DNA of 32,000 bases from Raphidiopsis brookii D9 (GTDB lineage Bacteria; Cyanobacteriota; Cyanobacteriia; Cyanobacteriales; Nostocaceae). Of this stretch, positions 1 through 8,879 are shown piece after piece. Within the stretch, counting starts at the first letter, position 1; each line of letters starts with the position of its first letter. The position numbers and the translations under genes were made by a program. The stretch spans positions 90,001 to 122,000 of the forward strand of contig ACYB01000004.1 in the NCBI GenBank assembly GCA_000175855.1, written 5' to 3'. Below the pieces are notes generated by a model, which saw only the letters and a list, made by a program, of their open reading frames with translations, was not told where the DNA came from and searched no databases.

Positions 1-312
1 GAGTGCAAATCCATTTTGCCGTCTTGGTATAAAAATCAAAGGCCTTCTCGATCATTGAGTATAGAACTTAGTCCCACTCACTTATATTTGGGGTACACAG
101 CTCTTGTAGCTGGTGCTGTAAGTGGGTTATCCATGATGTACGAACAGGCAAATAATCAAGGTATCAAAAACTTCCAGTCAACAACTCCATGTTTGTCATC
201 ACTATGTGGGTCAGATGAAAAAGCGACAAATGTTAATGATCAAAGTACTATGCAGCATGGTAGAGTAGGGAACTCTTTCGGTCCTCAAATTTCCCCGCCT
301 GAGGCGCTATAA
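1..312 (+). CDS. possible 3' end of a hypothetical protein entering from upstream of the window (weak)
   Basis: The frame is open from base 1 (no stop before the TTG at 16) to TAA at 310-312. There is one hydrophobic stretch (LYLGYTALVAGAVSGLSMMY); the rest is S/T/Q/N-rich with no motif I recognise. It may be non-coding. Confidence 0.2.
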   Translation, partial: ECKSILPSWYKNQRPSRSLSIELSPTHLYLGYTALVAGAVSGLSMMYEQANNQGIKNFQSTTPCLSSLCGSDEKATNVNDQSTMQHGRVGNSFGPQISPPEAL

Positions 313-328
313 AAACTACCAAGAACAT

Positions 329-1021
329 TTGAAAGCCATATTCATGAACAGTGATACCCAACTAAGTCTATTTAACCAATCAGTCCTTGAGCAAAAAGGA
401 CTGATTTATACTGATGCTAAAATTCCCATTCCCATGGGAACCTATATAAATATCAACGAGCTAACACTCCACTGTGAAAATTGCCATCGGTGTGGACTGG
501 GTAAAACTCGCACTCATGCAGTGGTAGGAAGGGGAAACCCCCAAGCGAAAATCATGATTATTGGTGAAGCACCAGGACAACACGAAGATGAAACTGGGTT
601 ACCATTTGTAGGTAAATCTGGACAATTGTTAGATAAAATTCTAGCATCCGTGAATTTGACCACAGAGCAGGATGTGTATATATGCAACATTGTCAAATGT
701 CGTCCACCGGAAAACCGAGTTCCCACTTCAGAAGAAAGTAACGCTTGTAGACCCTACCTATTAGAACAAATCCGTCTGGTTGATCCAAAAATCATTTTAC
801 TAACAGGTGCCACTGCTGTAAAAGGAGTTACAGGTAACAAGCTGCCAATTACGAAAATTCGCGGGCAGTGGTTAGAATGGGAGGGACGCTTATGTATGCC
901 CATTTTTCACCCCTCCTATCTCTTACGTAACTCTGCCAAAGGGCAAGGATCCCCCAAGTGGTTAATGTGGCAGGATATACAAGAAATTAGAAACAGATAT
1001 GATCAAATATCAAGCAGTTAA
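329..1021 (+). CDS. uracil-DNA glycosylase, family 4 (4Fe-4S type)
   Basis: Carries family-4 UDG signatures IIGEAPGQHEDETGLPFVGKSGQLL and FHPSYLLRN, plus Cys clusters CENCHRCGL and CNIVKCRPP. The ORF-track start at 329 is TTG; the first ATG is at 344. Confidence 0.85.
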   Translation: MKAIFMNSDTQLSLFNQSVLEQKGLIYTDAKIPIPMGTYININELTLHCENCHRCGLGKTRTHAVVGRGNPQAKIMIIGEAPGQHEDETGLPFVGKSGQLLDKILASVNLTTEQDVYICNIVKCRPPENRVPTSEESNACRPYLLEQIRLVDPKIILLTGATAVKGVTGNKLPITKIRGQWLEWEGRLCMPIFHPSYLLRNSAKGQGSPKWLMWQDIQEIRNRYDQISSS

Positions 1022-1029
1022 CTGTAAGG

Positions 1030-2271
1030 TCAAGATAACACAGTCCCTACCAGCTGGGCCAAACGTTTGGCAGCGCCACTTTCACCCCTAGTTGTTAGCA
1101 ATTGGTGTTTCATTTGAGCCAATTTGAGGGGATTTTCTAATAGGTTTAAAACCATTTCTCCCACTGCGTGAGGTGCCAATTTACCAACCAATTCTGGGAC
1201 AATTTCTCGCCCCGCCCAAATATTAGGCCAGGCCAGTAAACCTTTATTTCTGAGGAACCACCAATTAATCAATTTTGCCAAACTGGAACCCACAACAGGT
1301 AAATTTGCCAGAATTCCTGGTAGACCATCCCAAGAGCGCATGGCATCCAATTGTTGGGTAGGTAATAACACAATCATTGGTACACCCAAAGCTCCCAGTT
1401 CAGCAGTGTTTGCTCCCACCGTAGTCAGACAAATGGCACAGGAAGATAACAAATGATAAGCGGGGTTTTCCTGAGTCAATTCTACCATCAAACCCCCAGA
1501 AGTTTCTAGGTAGTTATCCTTTAAGTATGCACCTTGAAAACCAAAGGATTGGGCAAACTTGTTTTTTTGAGGATTGGCAAAACTGGCCAAAGTCAGTAAA
1601 TTTAGAGTGGGTGCTACAGGTATAAAAAACTTGGTATGAGGTCTTTTAGCATAAATATATTCGGCTATAGCTAATTCTAGGGGCACACCCTGAATCAACT
1701 TAGCAGGTTTGGATCCAGGTAAAAGTCCAACTAACTCCCTTCCAGATTCTAAACTAGGAGATTGTGAAGTTACATAATCCTTATTAGCAGCTTCTAACAT
1801 CAAGTCACCCACAACATGAAACTTATGGATGTGCTTAGGTGAAACATTTTTCATCCCCTGAGGGTTCATAACGGCAAAACAGTCAATTAAATTATGCCAT
1901 CTGGCTTCCCACTCCGCATAAACTAGGGTTTTGTATCCCAACTTTCTGCCAATAATCACAGGGAAAACCTGATCTCCCCCCAAAAATATCACCACACCTT
2001 TTTTACGCCAATCCCAATTTTCCGCAGTTTTTCCCAGGAATAAAAACCGCCAGAAGTATTGAGGAGCTTGAACTCTGTTGACCTGTGGGTAAGATTTAGC
2101 GATCTTAGCTTCCTCACCGGTAGCATGGGGACAGGGTGATAAAATCACAGAAATTCTCACCTGAGAAATATCATTGCCCAATTGTTCTCTGAGAGCTGTA
2201 ACCACAGGACGCACCCAGGTTGTTACTTCTCCTGGTCCATTGGAAAGAATTAGAATATCAATATCAGTCAT
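1030..2271 (-). CDS. lipid-A-disaccharide synthase (LpxB)-related glycosyltransferase-like protein
   Basis: 413-aa ORF starting 18 bp downstream of the RND gene on the same strand, so probably one operon. The N-terminus DILILSNGPGEVTTWVRPV and the GT-B-like layout match my recollection of the cyanobacterial LpxB-related family. This assignment is from memory, not a search. Confidence 0.5.
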   Translation of the reverse strand: MTDIDILILSNGPGEVTTWVRPVVTALREQLGNDISQVRISVILSPCPHATGEEAKIAKSYPQVNRVQAPQYFWRFLFLGKTAENWDWRKKGVVIFLGGDQVFPVIIGRKLGYKTLVYAEWEARWHNLIDCFAVMNPQGMKNVSPKHIHKFHVVGDLMLEAANKDYVTSQSPSLESGRELVGLLPGSKPAKLIQGVPLELAIAEYIYAKRPHTKFFIPVAPTLNLLTLASFANPQKNKFAQSFGFQGAYLKDNYLETSGGLMVELTQENPAYHLLSSCAICLTTVGANTAELGALGVPMIVLLPTQQLDAMRSWDGLPGILANLPVVGSSLAKLINWWFLRNKGLLAWPNIWAGREIVPELVGKLAPHAVGEMVLNLLENPLKLAQMKHQLLTTRGESGAAKRLAQLVGTVLS

Positions 2272-2289
2272 ATCTTTAGTCCTGGCATT

Positions 2290-4995
2290 TTAATTCATCC
2301 TCTTCCTGGGAAACCAATCATCTAAAATGGCATAAACAACTGGTACAACAATTAGACTCAGAATAGTGGAAGTAACCAAACCTCCTGCGATCGCAATTGC
2401 CATAGGGGAGCGTAACTCAGATCCTGCGCCAAAGCCCAAAGCAATAGGTAACATGCCCAAAATAGTGGAGAAGGTAGTAATCATAATTGGTCTGAGTCTA
2501 ACAGGACCCGCTTGCAGAATAGCTTGTGTGCGTTTCATTCCGGCTCGGCGTAGTTGGTTGATGTAGTCTACCAATAAAATAGCATTTTTATTTGCCTGTC
2601 CTAGCAAGAACACAAATCCAATCAAAGAGATCATACCAAAATCACTCTTAGTGAACAACAAGGCCAACATAGCTCCCACCACTGCCAAAGGTAAGGAAGA
2701 ACCAATAACTAAAGGATCTACCCAACTTTTGAACAATAAAACCAACACCAGAATAATGCACAAAGCTGATAAGAGCAAGGTTGACAGGAAACTACCCACC
2801 ACCTCATTTTGTTTAGCAGAGTCTCCGCCCAAATCTAGAGTTACACCAGCAGGTAAAAGAGACTTAGCTTCCGCTACGATTCTATCAGTAGCATCACCAA
2901 GAGTTAAATTGTCACCCAGGTTAGAGCTGATATAGACTACTCGTTGATGGTTAAGTCGTTCGATTTGCAAAACTTGGTTCCTTGGATTGCCATCTCCCGT
3001 CACAGTCACATCAGCAAATCCGGGTAATTTAATAATACGTTCTTTAATCTTTTTAGATATTAAACTTAAAGTTGCTAAATCATTCCCGCGTAGCGCTACT
3101 TGTAATGGCTTATCTCCTCCAGTATCTACAAATTGAATATCTTCCACACTAGTAGTCACACCGGGAAGTTTAGGTAAAGTTTGTCGTAATTGATCCTGTA
3201 GTTGGGCAGTTTTCAGCTGGCGGTCTTTTTTTAATTTCACATAAAGATTGCCCTTATTTGGCTCACCTCCACGGGAACCAACCGTAGTAAATACTGTTTT
3301 TACATCTGGGTATTTTCTGACAACTGCTTCCAGTTTTTTTGCCACTGTTAGGGAATCTTGAAGGGGATTAGGGAGGGTAATTGGGGGTTGGTTAGGATCC
3401 TGGATAGTTCTTAATTGCTGTAATGCTGACAAGTCTGGGATTTTTGGTAGTGGTGCAGTATAGCTAATATTAAACTCACCTCGGTCCAACTTGGGTATAA
3501 AACCTTTGGGAATAAACGGGATAATAGCAAGACCAGCAACAAAACTCAGTATAGCCAATAGGATGACTATTTTTCGGTGATTGAGGGACCAGTACAGTAA
3601 ATTGGCATAGGATTGGTTAACATAGTCCCCCAAATTCGTCAACCCTGATGTGACACTTGATAATAAACCCTGTTTTTTACCTCTTATTTGTCCCAGGGAG
3701 TAATTTTTTTTGGCCGGTTTAAGCCAGTAAATGGATAATACTGGTGAGAGAGTACGTGCTACTAATGTGGAAGCAATATAAGCTGCAGAAACAGTAATTC
3801 CGAAGGGTTTGAAAAATTGTCCAACCACACCCCCCATTAAACCAATGGGCAAGAAAACAGCTATAGCTGTAGCAGTTGCTGCTACCACTGTTAGACCTAT
3901 TTCATCAGTAGCTGAATATGCTGCTTCTTTTGGACTTTGACCATTTTGAATGTGACGTAGTATGTTTTCTACATCAATAATAGCATCATCAATTACACTG
4001 CCAATTATTAAAGCTAAAGCTAACAAGGTAATTGTTTCCAAGTTAAAGCCAAAATAGGCCATCACAATTAATGTAGCTAATAAAGATATAGGAATTGCTA
4101 AAGCAGAAATTAAAGTAGCTCGCCAACTCCATAAAAAGGGGAAAATGACCACAACTGCTAGGATGATAGCTTCTATTAACGCATTTATAGTTGATTGGGT
4201 GGCTTCACGAATATAGTCTGCTTGAGTAGCTGCTAGGGTAAATGTGACATTTTTCAGAATAGAGCGTAACTTGTTGACTTCTTGCTCTACTTTATCCACT
4301 ACTTCTAGGGTATTGGCATCTCCACGTTTTACTACCTGCAGTGCTAATACATTCTTCCCATTAAATCTGATTAAATTTCCATTATCTGGAATTAAGCTGC
4401 TGGTGTTAGGTAAAGCGGATTTTGGTGCAGTGCCCAATAGTGAGACCTTGAGTACCCCCGGTAATTTTTCAATTGTCGGTACAATTTTTGCTTTTGCCAA
4501 TTGCTGCAAATCATTTAGGCTTTTAGATTTACCTTCAATGGCATAACTTACTACGGAAGACTCATTTAGATTCAAGGGAATAATTTTATAATTTGCTCCT
4601 GTTGGTAGTTTTACGCTCTTGAGTACACTTGTAGTTTTTTTAGTAGAAGCTTCTAAATTTGTGCCAACTGCAAATAAAAGACTAATAGCACTTTGTCCTG
4701 GATATGTGGAAGAACGAATATTATTAATTCCCGGTATGGATTTTAAACTTGTTTCTATTGGTTTAGTTAACTTTTCTTCTGTTTCTATAGCGGAAGTGAT
4801 TGGTGCTTGGGCATTTACCACAACCACAGGGAAAGTAATATCTGGGAAAAGTGCGTATTTTAGGGAACTAAAAGCTAACAGACCTGCTGCTGTTACCCCA
4901 ATCCAGAAGCATACTGTCAGCCATGAAAATTTAATCGCCCACCTGGAGATATTAAAAATCTCCCTTGCGGATTTTATGTGGTTGTTTTTCACCAT
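2290..4995 (-). CDS. RND-superfamily transporter permease (AcrB-like), unusually short
   Basis: 901-aa ORF with about 12 hydrophobic segments in the 1+5 / 1+5 RND pattern. Hallmark stretches are GSVIDDAIIDVENI and GQANKNAILLVDY. ATG at 4995. Confidence 0.9.
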   Translation of the reverse strand: MVKNNHIKSAREIFNISRWAIKFSWLTVCFWIGVTAAGLLAFSSLKYALFPDITFPVVVVNAQAPITSAIETEEKLTKPIETSLKSIPGINNIRSSTYPGQSAISLLFAVGTNLEASTKKTTSVLKSVKLPTGANYKIIPLNLNESSVVSYAIEGKSKSLNDLQQLAKAKIVPTIEKLPGVLKVSLLGTAPKSALPNTSSLIPDNGNLIRFNGKNVLALQVVKRGDANTLEVVDKVEQEVNKLRSILKNVTFTLAATQADYIREATQSTINALIEAIILAVVVIFPFLWSWRATLISALAIPISLLATLIVMAYFGFNLETITLLALALIIGSVIDDAIIDVENILRHIQNGQSPKEAAYSATDEIGLTVVAATATAIAVFLPIGLMGGVVGQFFKPFGITVSAAYIASTLVARTLSPVLSIYWLKPAKKNYSLGQIRGKKQGLLSSVTSGLTNLGDYVNQSYANLLYWSLNHRKIVILLAILSFVAGLAIIPFIPKGFIPKLDRGEFNISYTAPLPKIPDLSALQQLRTIQDPNQPPITLPNPLQDSLTVAKKLEAVVRKYPDVKTVFTTVGSRGGEPNKGNLYVKLKKDRQLKTAQLQDQLRQTLPKLPGVTTSVEDIQFVDTGGDKPLQVALRGNDLATLSLISKKIKERIIKLPGFADVTVTGDGNPRNQVLQIERLNHQRVVYISSNLGDNLTLGDATDRIVAEAKSLLPAGVTLDLGGDSAKQNEVVGSFLSTLLLSALCIILVLVLLFKSWVDPLVIGSSLPLAVVGAMLALLFTKSDFGMISLIGFVFLLGQANKNAILLVDYINQLRRAGMKRTQAILQAGPVRLRPIMITTFSTILGMLPIALGFGAGSELRSPMAIAIAGGLVTSTILSLIVVPVVYAILDDWFPRKRMN

Positions 4996-5446
4996 TGGTA
5001 TTTATGTACGTGAAACGGTCATTTTTAACATACGTGAGAGTTGTCATTCTACCTCATTAATCACTACTTGAAACTCTGGTGTAATTAATTGTTACACGGT
5101 CATCTAGTTGCTTTAAGTCACGCAGTGCGTTTGATATCTGCTAGATAGAAGCGTCTGTGTCCACTGGAAGCGCGTTTATATCGTATCTTTCCTTATCTTT
5201 GGATTTGAAGATTTACCCTCCAATGTGGGGTCAGCGATTACGATTTCAATGATATGGTCTTTTGGTTAAATCAGGTTAATTAACCTGGAGACAGCGAATT
5301 GATTCCCCGTCTGAAAGCTCAAGTCAATCAACGACTGAAAAGGACTTGGGAAATGCGATCGCAATGTGTGGATTGATTGGGAATTCCATTAGTTGGGCGG
5401 ATCACCATAGCGATCGCTAGTATTACACCATGGAAGTGGTTCGATT

Positions 5447-5890
5447 TTAATTGACTTTTGGTAAGAAACGTGAAGATAGAATTTCTTCTAGCGCAAAGGG
5501 ACAAGATAAGGGAAACGTGGTTGCTGGGAGAGAGGTTTCTTCCTGAGCATCACTTACAGATTTAGCATAAACTGTTACCAGTGCTGTTTCTAAATCCCTG
5601 CGGAGACTTGGACTATCCAGGAGTAGAGATTGGATTTCATCTCGTTGATGATCTATAGTAGCTAACCAACTTTTGCTTTGTTTATCTGGCTGATATTGCC
5701 ATTTGAGTAGATGCATAATTAAAACCTGCAACCGACTACGAAGTTGACGGCGATCGCGCTTTCCCATGCTTTCTAACTCTTGAGCAATGTGTTCAGCATC
5801 AATTTCTGACAAAGAGCCACAACGTAATAGTTCCACATTTTTACTTATCCAACCATAGAAATCTAGGTCATATTCAGCTTCTAAATTCAT
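5447..5890 (-). CDS. DUF29 domain-containing protein
   Basis: N-terminus YDLDFYGWISKNVELLRCGSLSEIDAEHIAQELESMGKRDRRQL and central LLKWQYQP...W..TI..QR.EI match the DUF29 family common in cyanobacteria. Confidence 0.85.
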   Translation of the reverse strand: MNLEAEYDLDFYGWISKNVELLRCGSLSEIDAEHIAQELESMGKRDRRQLRSRLQVLIMHLLKWQYQPDKQSKSWLATIDHQRDEIQSLLLDSPSLRRDLETALVTVYAKSVSDAQEETSLPATTFPLSCPFALEEILSSRFLPKVN

Positions 5891-6014
5891 ATTTGGTCCC
5901 CTAAAGCTGGCAATTTGTTTGATCGTTTGTTGACGATTCCTCGATAATAATGTTTTTATTTTAAATTAAGAGCGCGCGCTCCGGGTAGTTATGGGTAAAC
6001 TCCCTAATACCGTA

Positions 6015-6460
6015 CTAATCAGGAAAAAAATCTGAGTCTAGTAATTGTTCTGCAGAAAACGGGCAAGTTATAGGAAAAAGACCAGGAGACAGATCACTTT
6101 TTCTGATAGCTTGTTTTCTTGCCTTGAAATACATCTCGTCAATTTCTTTGAGGAAATAATTGTATAGGGTACCTGATCTTAACAACATGTCAAGCTCAAA
6201 TCGAAAATTATCAATTTCGTTTTGCCAACCTTTAGCACACATATCTTTTTCCGTATCCCAATATTTATACAATAGCAAATGTATAAGAAGCTGACGTAGA
6301 TAACTGTCTACTTTGTGCCTTTGTTCATTCCCCAAGGTTAAAATCTCCTCCTTCAAATGCGGTATGTCCAACTGACCAAGCTCACCCTTCTCTAATAATC
6401 TGTAGGTTTCTTGTAGCCAGAGAAAGTAATCTTGCTCGTAGAGAGTGCTAATGTTTCCAT
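6015..6460 (-). pseudogene. DUF29 domain protein with disrupted or non-canonical start
   Basis: The ORF track starts at a TTG (6371). The same frame stays open upstream and reads NYYGNISTLYEQDYFLWLQETYRLLEKGELGQLDIPHL, the canonical DUF29 N-terminus. The only ATG (6458-6460) is out of frame by 2 nt and stops after 22 codons. The alternative is an ATT start at 6450-6452. Confidence 0.55.
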
Positions 6461-6532
6461 AATAATTTCATCTGAATACTAAATAAATGTTATCATAGTG
6501 GAGTTAGAATCTATTCAAACCATATGGTCTGG

Positions 6533-6997
6533 TTATAGGATAAGTGGAAATGTGGGTTGTTCAATAGCATCGGATCCCCCTTCTACTGGGTTTTTTTCCT
6601 CTAACTTAGCATCAAACCCTTCTAGAATCGGTTTGCTCACTGATGTCCCCAATATCCACAGGTAAGGAAGTTATTCTTCTTTTAATTTTCTCCTTTCCCG
6701 TTTTGCCTGCCTTCTGATTTCCGCAATTAAAACAAACAGTTTTAATACACATTCACGAATGTTAGTTTGATTTGGCGGGTTACGGAATACTTCAAACAAA
6801 ACTGGGGTGGAGATGATTCTGGATAAAATCCCCAGGTCGGGGGCGTTTTCTATGTTCTCAGGATTTGGAGAAAAGAAAACGTCTATTTGACGGGGTTCAT
6901 CGCTGACCTCTTTGTTGATGTTAACTTTTCCCAGAAGTGTTAGCAATTCTTCCAAGAAGTGTTTAGCAAATTGATCATGTACTTCTCTGGTTACCAT
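6533..6997 (-). pseudogene. Rpn/YhgA-like (PD-(D/E)XK-like) conserved cyanobacterial protein, interrupted by an in-frame stop
   Basis: The N-terminal 108 codons (MVTREVHDQFAKHFLEELL...IDVFF...LFEVFRNPP) end at TAA 6671-6673. The same frame continues directly as LPYLWILGTSVSKPILEGFDAKLEEKNPVEGG..., which matches the conserved continuation I recall for this family. A second stop follows at 6533-6535. Confidence 0.6.
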
Positions 6998-7214
6998 TTA
7001 GATGCACTCGTCGTATTTAAAAGTTAAGGATGTTTACCTCAAACTTGACTGTTCACTACTTTAGTATAATAGTACTTGAATAATTTATCAATAAGTTTAT
7101 CATAGTTATTATTTATTAATTCTATAGATTAAGACTTGTCAAGCATAAGCAAAAAGGGTAAAGTAAATCAGGGCGATCGCATTTTACAATTGTTCACTAA
7201 TTAAAAGTTTCGCA

Positions 7215-7243
7215 CCCCCCTAATCCTATTTTGTCAAGGGGGG
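7215..7243 (-). terminator. candidate hairpin downstream of the Rpn-family gene
   Basis: C6 (7215-7220) and G6 (7238-7243) can pair around a 17-nt loop. It lies 48 bp downstream of the stop at 7291 on the minus strand and is followed by TGCGAAACTTTTAATT, a weak U tract. Confidence 0.3.
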
Positions 7244-7290
7244 AAACAAAAGCATCATTACTAACTACAATTTATATCTGTCCGATTATC

Positions 7291-8181
7291 CTAATTCTCC
7301 TGGTCCGGTTGTTCAGTGTCTAATTGTGTCAGTGTTGACTGCTCTGGTTTAGATTCTAGTTTGGATAAAAATGTCTCCAAATCTCCAATCTGGGTGAATC
7401 CTAACAGGGCTTCCCCTAAATTTTCTAACTGAGGAATAGTCAATTTTTTGACCCTCTTGACCATAGTTTCTGACAAATTTGCCAATTTCCTGGTTAACAA
7501 ACGAAGGACTAAATTTACTTCCCCTTCTTGACGACCTTCAGTATAGATCTGCTGATAAAACCGAGATTTTGTTACATCCATTGTTTTGATTTCTAGCATC
7601 TCCATGATAATCTCCTTGGTTAATTCAGGGAATTTATTTGCTAGCATAGTTTCTATTAATGTTAGCCGTTTTTCGTACTCACTTTCCGATTCTGCGTTCC
7701 TAAGCAGGTTCTTGCCAATTTCTGCACTTTCTTCCTGCTCTGTTACTAACATTTGTAACAAGGACAGGTTTGAACTTAATTCCTTTCTTCCTTGTAAGTC
7801 TTTCAGAAAAATACGTGTAACTTGGTTTTGTAATAGACAATTGTATGGTAACTCTGTGCCAAAATTCACCCCTGGACTGGATAATATTAATAATCCTCTC
7901 CAAGGTCTATTTACTTCGTACTGGGCCAGGTAAAGAAAGGTTTCTGCAAAAAATCTGCTGTAGAAATTCTTGTCTGTTTGCATTTGGGCTTCTGCAAACA
8001 CTATGGGGATATTGGGATCATCTGAGACGGGGGTGAAGAGTCCGTCAAAACGAAATTCTTTTTCCTTGACTACTACTGAACTGTAGGTGAAGGACCATTC
8101 AGACTCAAATCCCGGGATTAACTCGGATAACATTCCCGGTTGAGACAAAAAAAGTTCATAAAACCATTTGTCTGTTTTCAT
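7291..8181 (-). CDS. Rpn family recombination-promoting nuclease/putative transposase (DUF2887 N-terminus, DUF4351-type C-terminus)
   Basis: N-terminus MKTDKWFYELFLSQPGMLSELIPG, then FRFDGLF...IVFAEAQMQTD (a D...E.Q PD-(D/E)XK pattern). The C-terminal LANLSETMVKRVKKLTIPQLENLGEALLGF resembles the DUF4351 tail. Confidence 0.8.
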   Translation of the reverse strand: MKTDKWFYELFLSQPGMLSELIPGFESEWSFTYSSVVVKEKEFRFDGLFTPVSDDPNIPIVFAEAQMQTDKNFYSRFFAETFLYLAQYEVNRPWRGLLILSSPGVNFGTELPYNCLLQNQVTRIFLKDLQGRKELSSNLSLLQMLVTEQEESAEIGKNLLRNAESESEYEKRLTLIETMLANKFPELTKEIIMEMLEIKTMDVTKSRFYQQIYTEGRQEGEVNLVLRLLTRKLANLSETMVKRVKKLTIPQLENLGEALLGFTQIGDLETFLSKLESKPEQSTLTQLDTEQPDQEN

Positions 8182-8346
8182 AGGTTATTATTCAAGGCTT
8201 GGTTGTGATGGAAAGGTATTTAGTGAGTTTGTTATGTGTTTATTTTCCCTTTAATTAAGGGCGATCGCCTTATATAATTGCAGCACCGTAGTGAATATAC
8301 TATATAGCATCCCATTGTTTAGCTAAAATCCCGACAGTCTCTTAAC

Positions 8347-8608
8347 CTACCAAGTTTTAGGTTCAAAGCTAGGGGGAGTGTCTATTTGAAATACTTCGTC
8401 TTGAATGTTGGCTACATATAATCCTGCTTCGATTGCCATATTTTTCATTTCCTCTGACATATCAACCCCCGCTAAAATCCCGTATACCTAATTTATTACC
8501 TAGACCACCGATTTGCTTGCCCAATTCCTTAATTTGAAGGTCGGTTTCTTTTTGGGACTCAACTAATTGGGCCAGCAATTCCCAAACTTGATCAGCATTT
8601 GTTGCCAT
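8347..8608 (-). pseudogene. internally deleted remnant of a coiled-coil/nuclease-like cyanobacterial gene (possibly DUF3782-type)
   Basis: Two tiny abutting ORFs on the minus strand. The first is 8608-8462: MATNADQVWELLAQLVESQKETDLQIKELGKQIGGLGNKLGIRDFSGG*. The second is 8460-8347: MSEEMKNMAIEAGLYVANIQDEVFQIDTPPSFEPKTW*. These match my recollection of the extreme N- and C-termini of a ~200-aa family; the middle is missing. Confidence 0.5.
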
Positions 8609-8879
8609 ATCTACCTACTATAATAGAAAAGTTTTGATTTTAGTAATACTAGTTTACCATACTTTATCTGAGACCCAAATACTCCTGTTCTCTATTAAAA
8701 ACGTGATTTATTAACCACTTGCACTAGCGCGATCGCCCTTCTACTCCTCTTGAAAAGGTTAACACATATTCTTAATTATTCACCAATAAAACCAATTAGC
8801 TGAAATTTATTTTGGCTTGTCAAGCTTATACGAGTAAGGCAAAAACAACCTAATGCGGCGTTGCAGGATAAAGTATGAA

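Noticed and set aside
2366-5071. Plus-strand ORFs of 66-150 aa (2366-2566, 2651-2935, 4244-4546, 4619-5071) antisense to the RND gene
   Set aside because: They lie wholly or mostly inside a well-supported 901-aa RND gene on the opposite strand. Their translations are low-complexity with no motifs, so they are typical shadow ORFs.
5425-5446. GGTTCGATTTT resembling a tRNA T-loop
   Set aside because: The flanking bases cannot form a T-stem, acceptor stem or anticodon arm. No tRNA-like cloverleaf can be drawn.
5447-8608. DUF29 pair, Rpn-type nucleases and remnants as a toxin-antitoxin or anti-phage defence island
   Set aside because: There are no partner antitoxin-sized genes, ATPases, helicases, methylases or other defence hallmarks. 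Half the genes are visibly decayed. The region looks like accumulated selfish or accessory debris next to an IS.
7135-8846. Shared motif CTTGTCAAGC...TAAG(G)CAAAAA at 7135-7155 and 8816-8846
   Set aside because: Only ~20 nt are shared, with an indel. A -35/-10 reading (TTGTCA-17-TAAAGT) is possible for the first copy, but no downstream plus-strand gene exists. It is too short to interpret without a genome-wide count.
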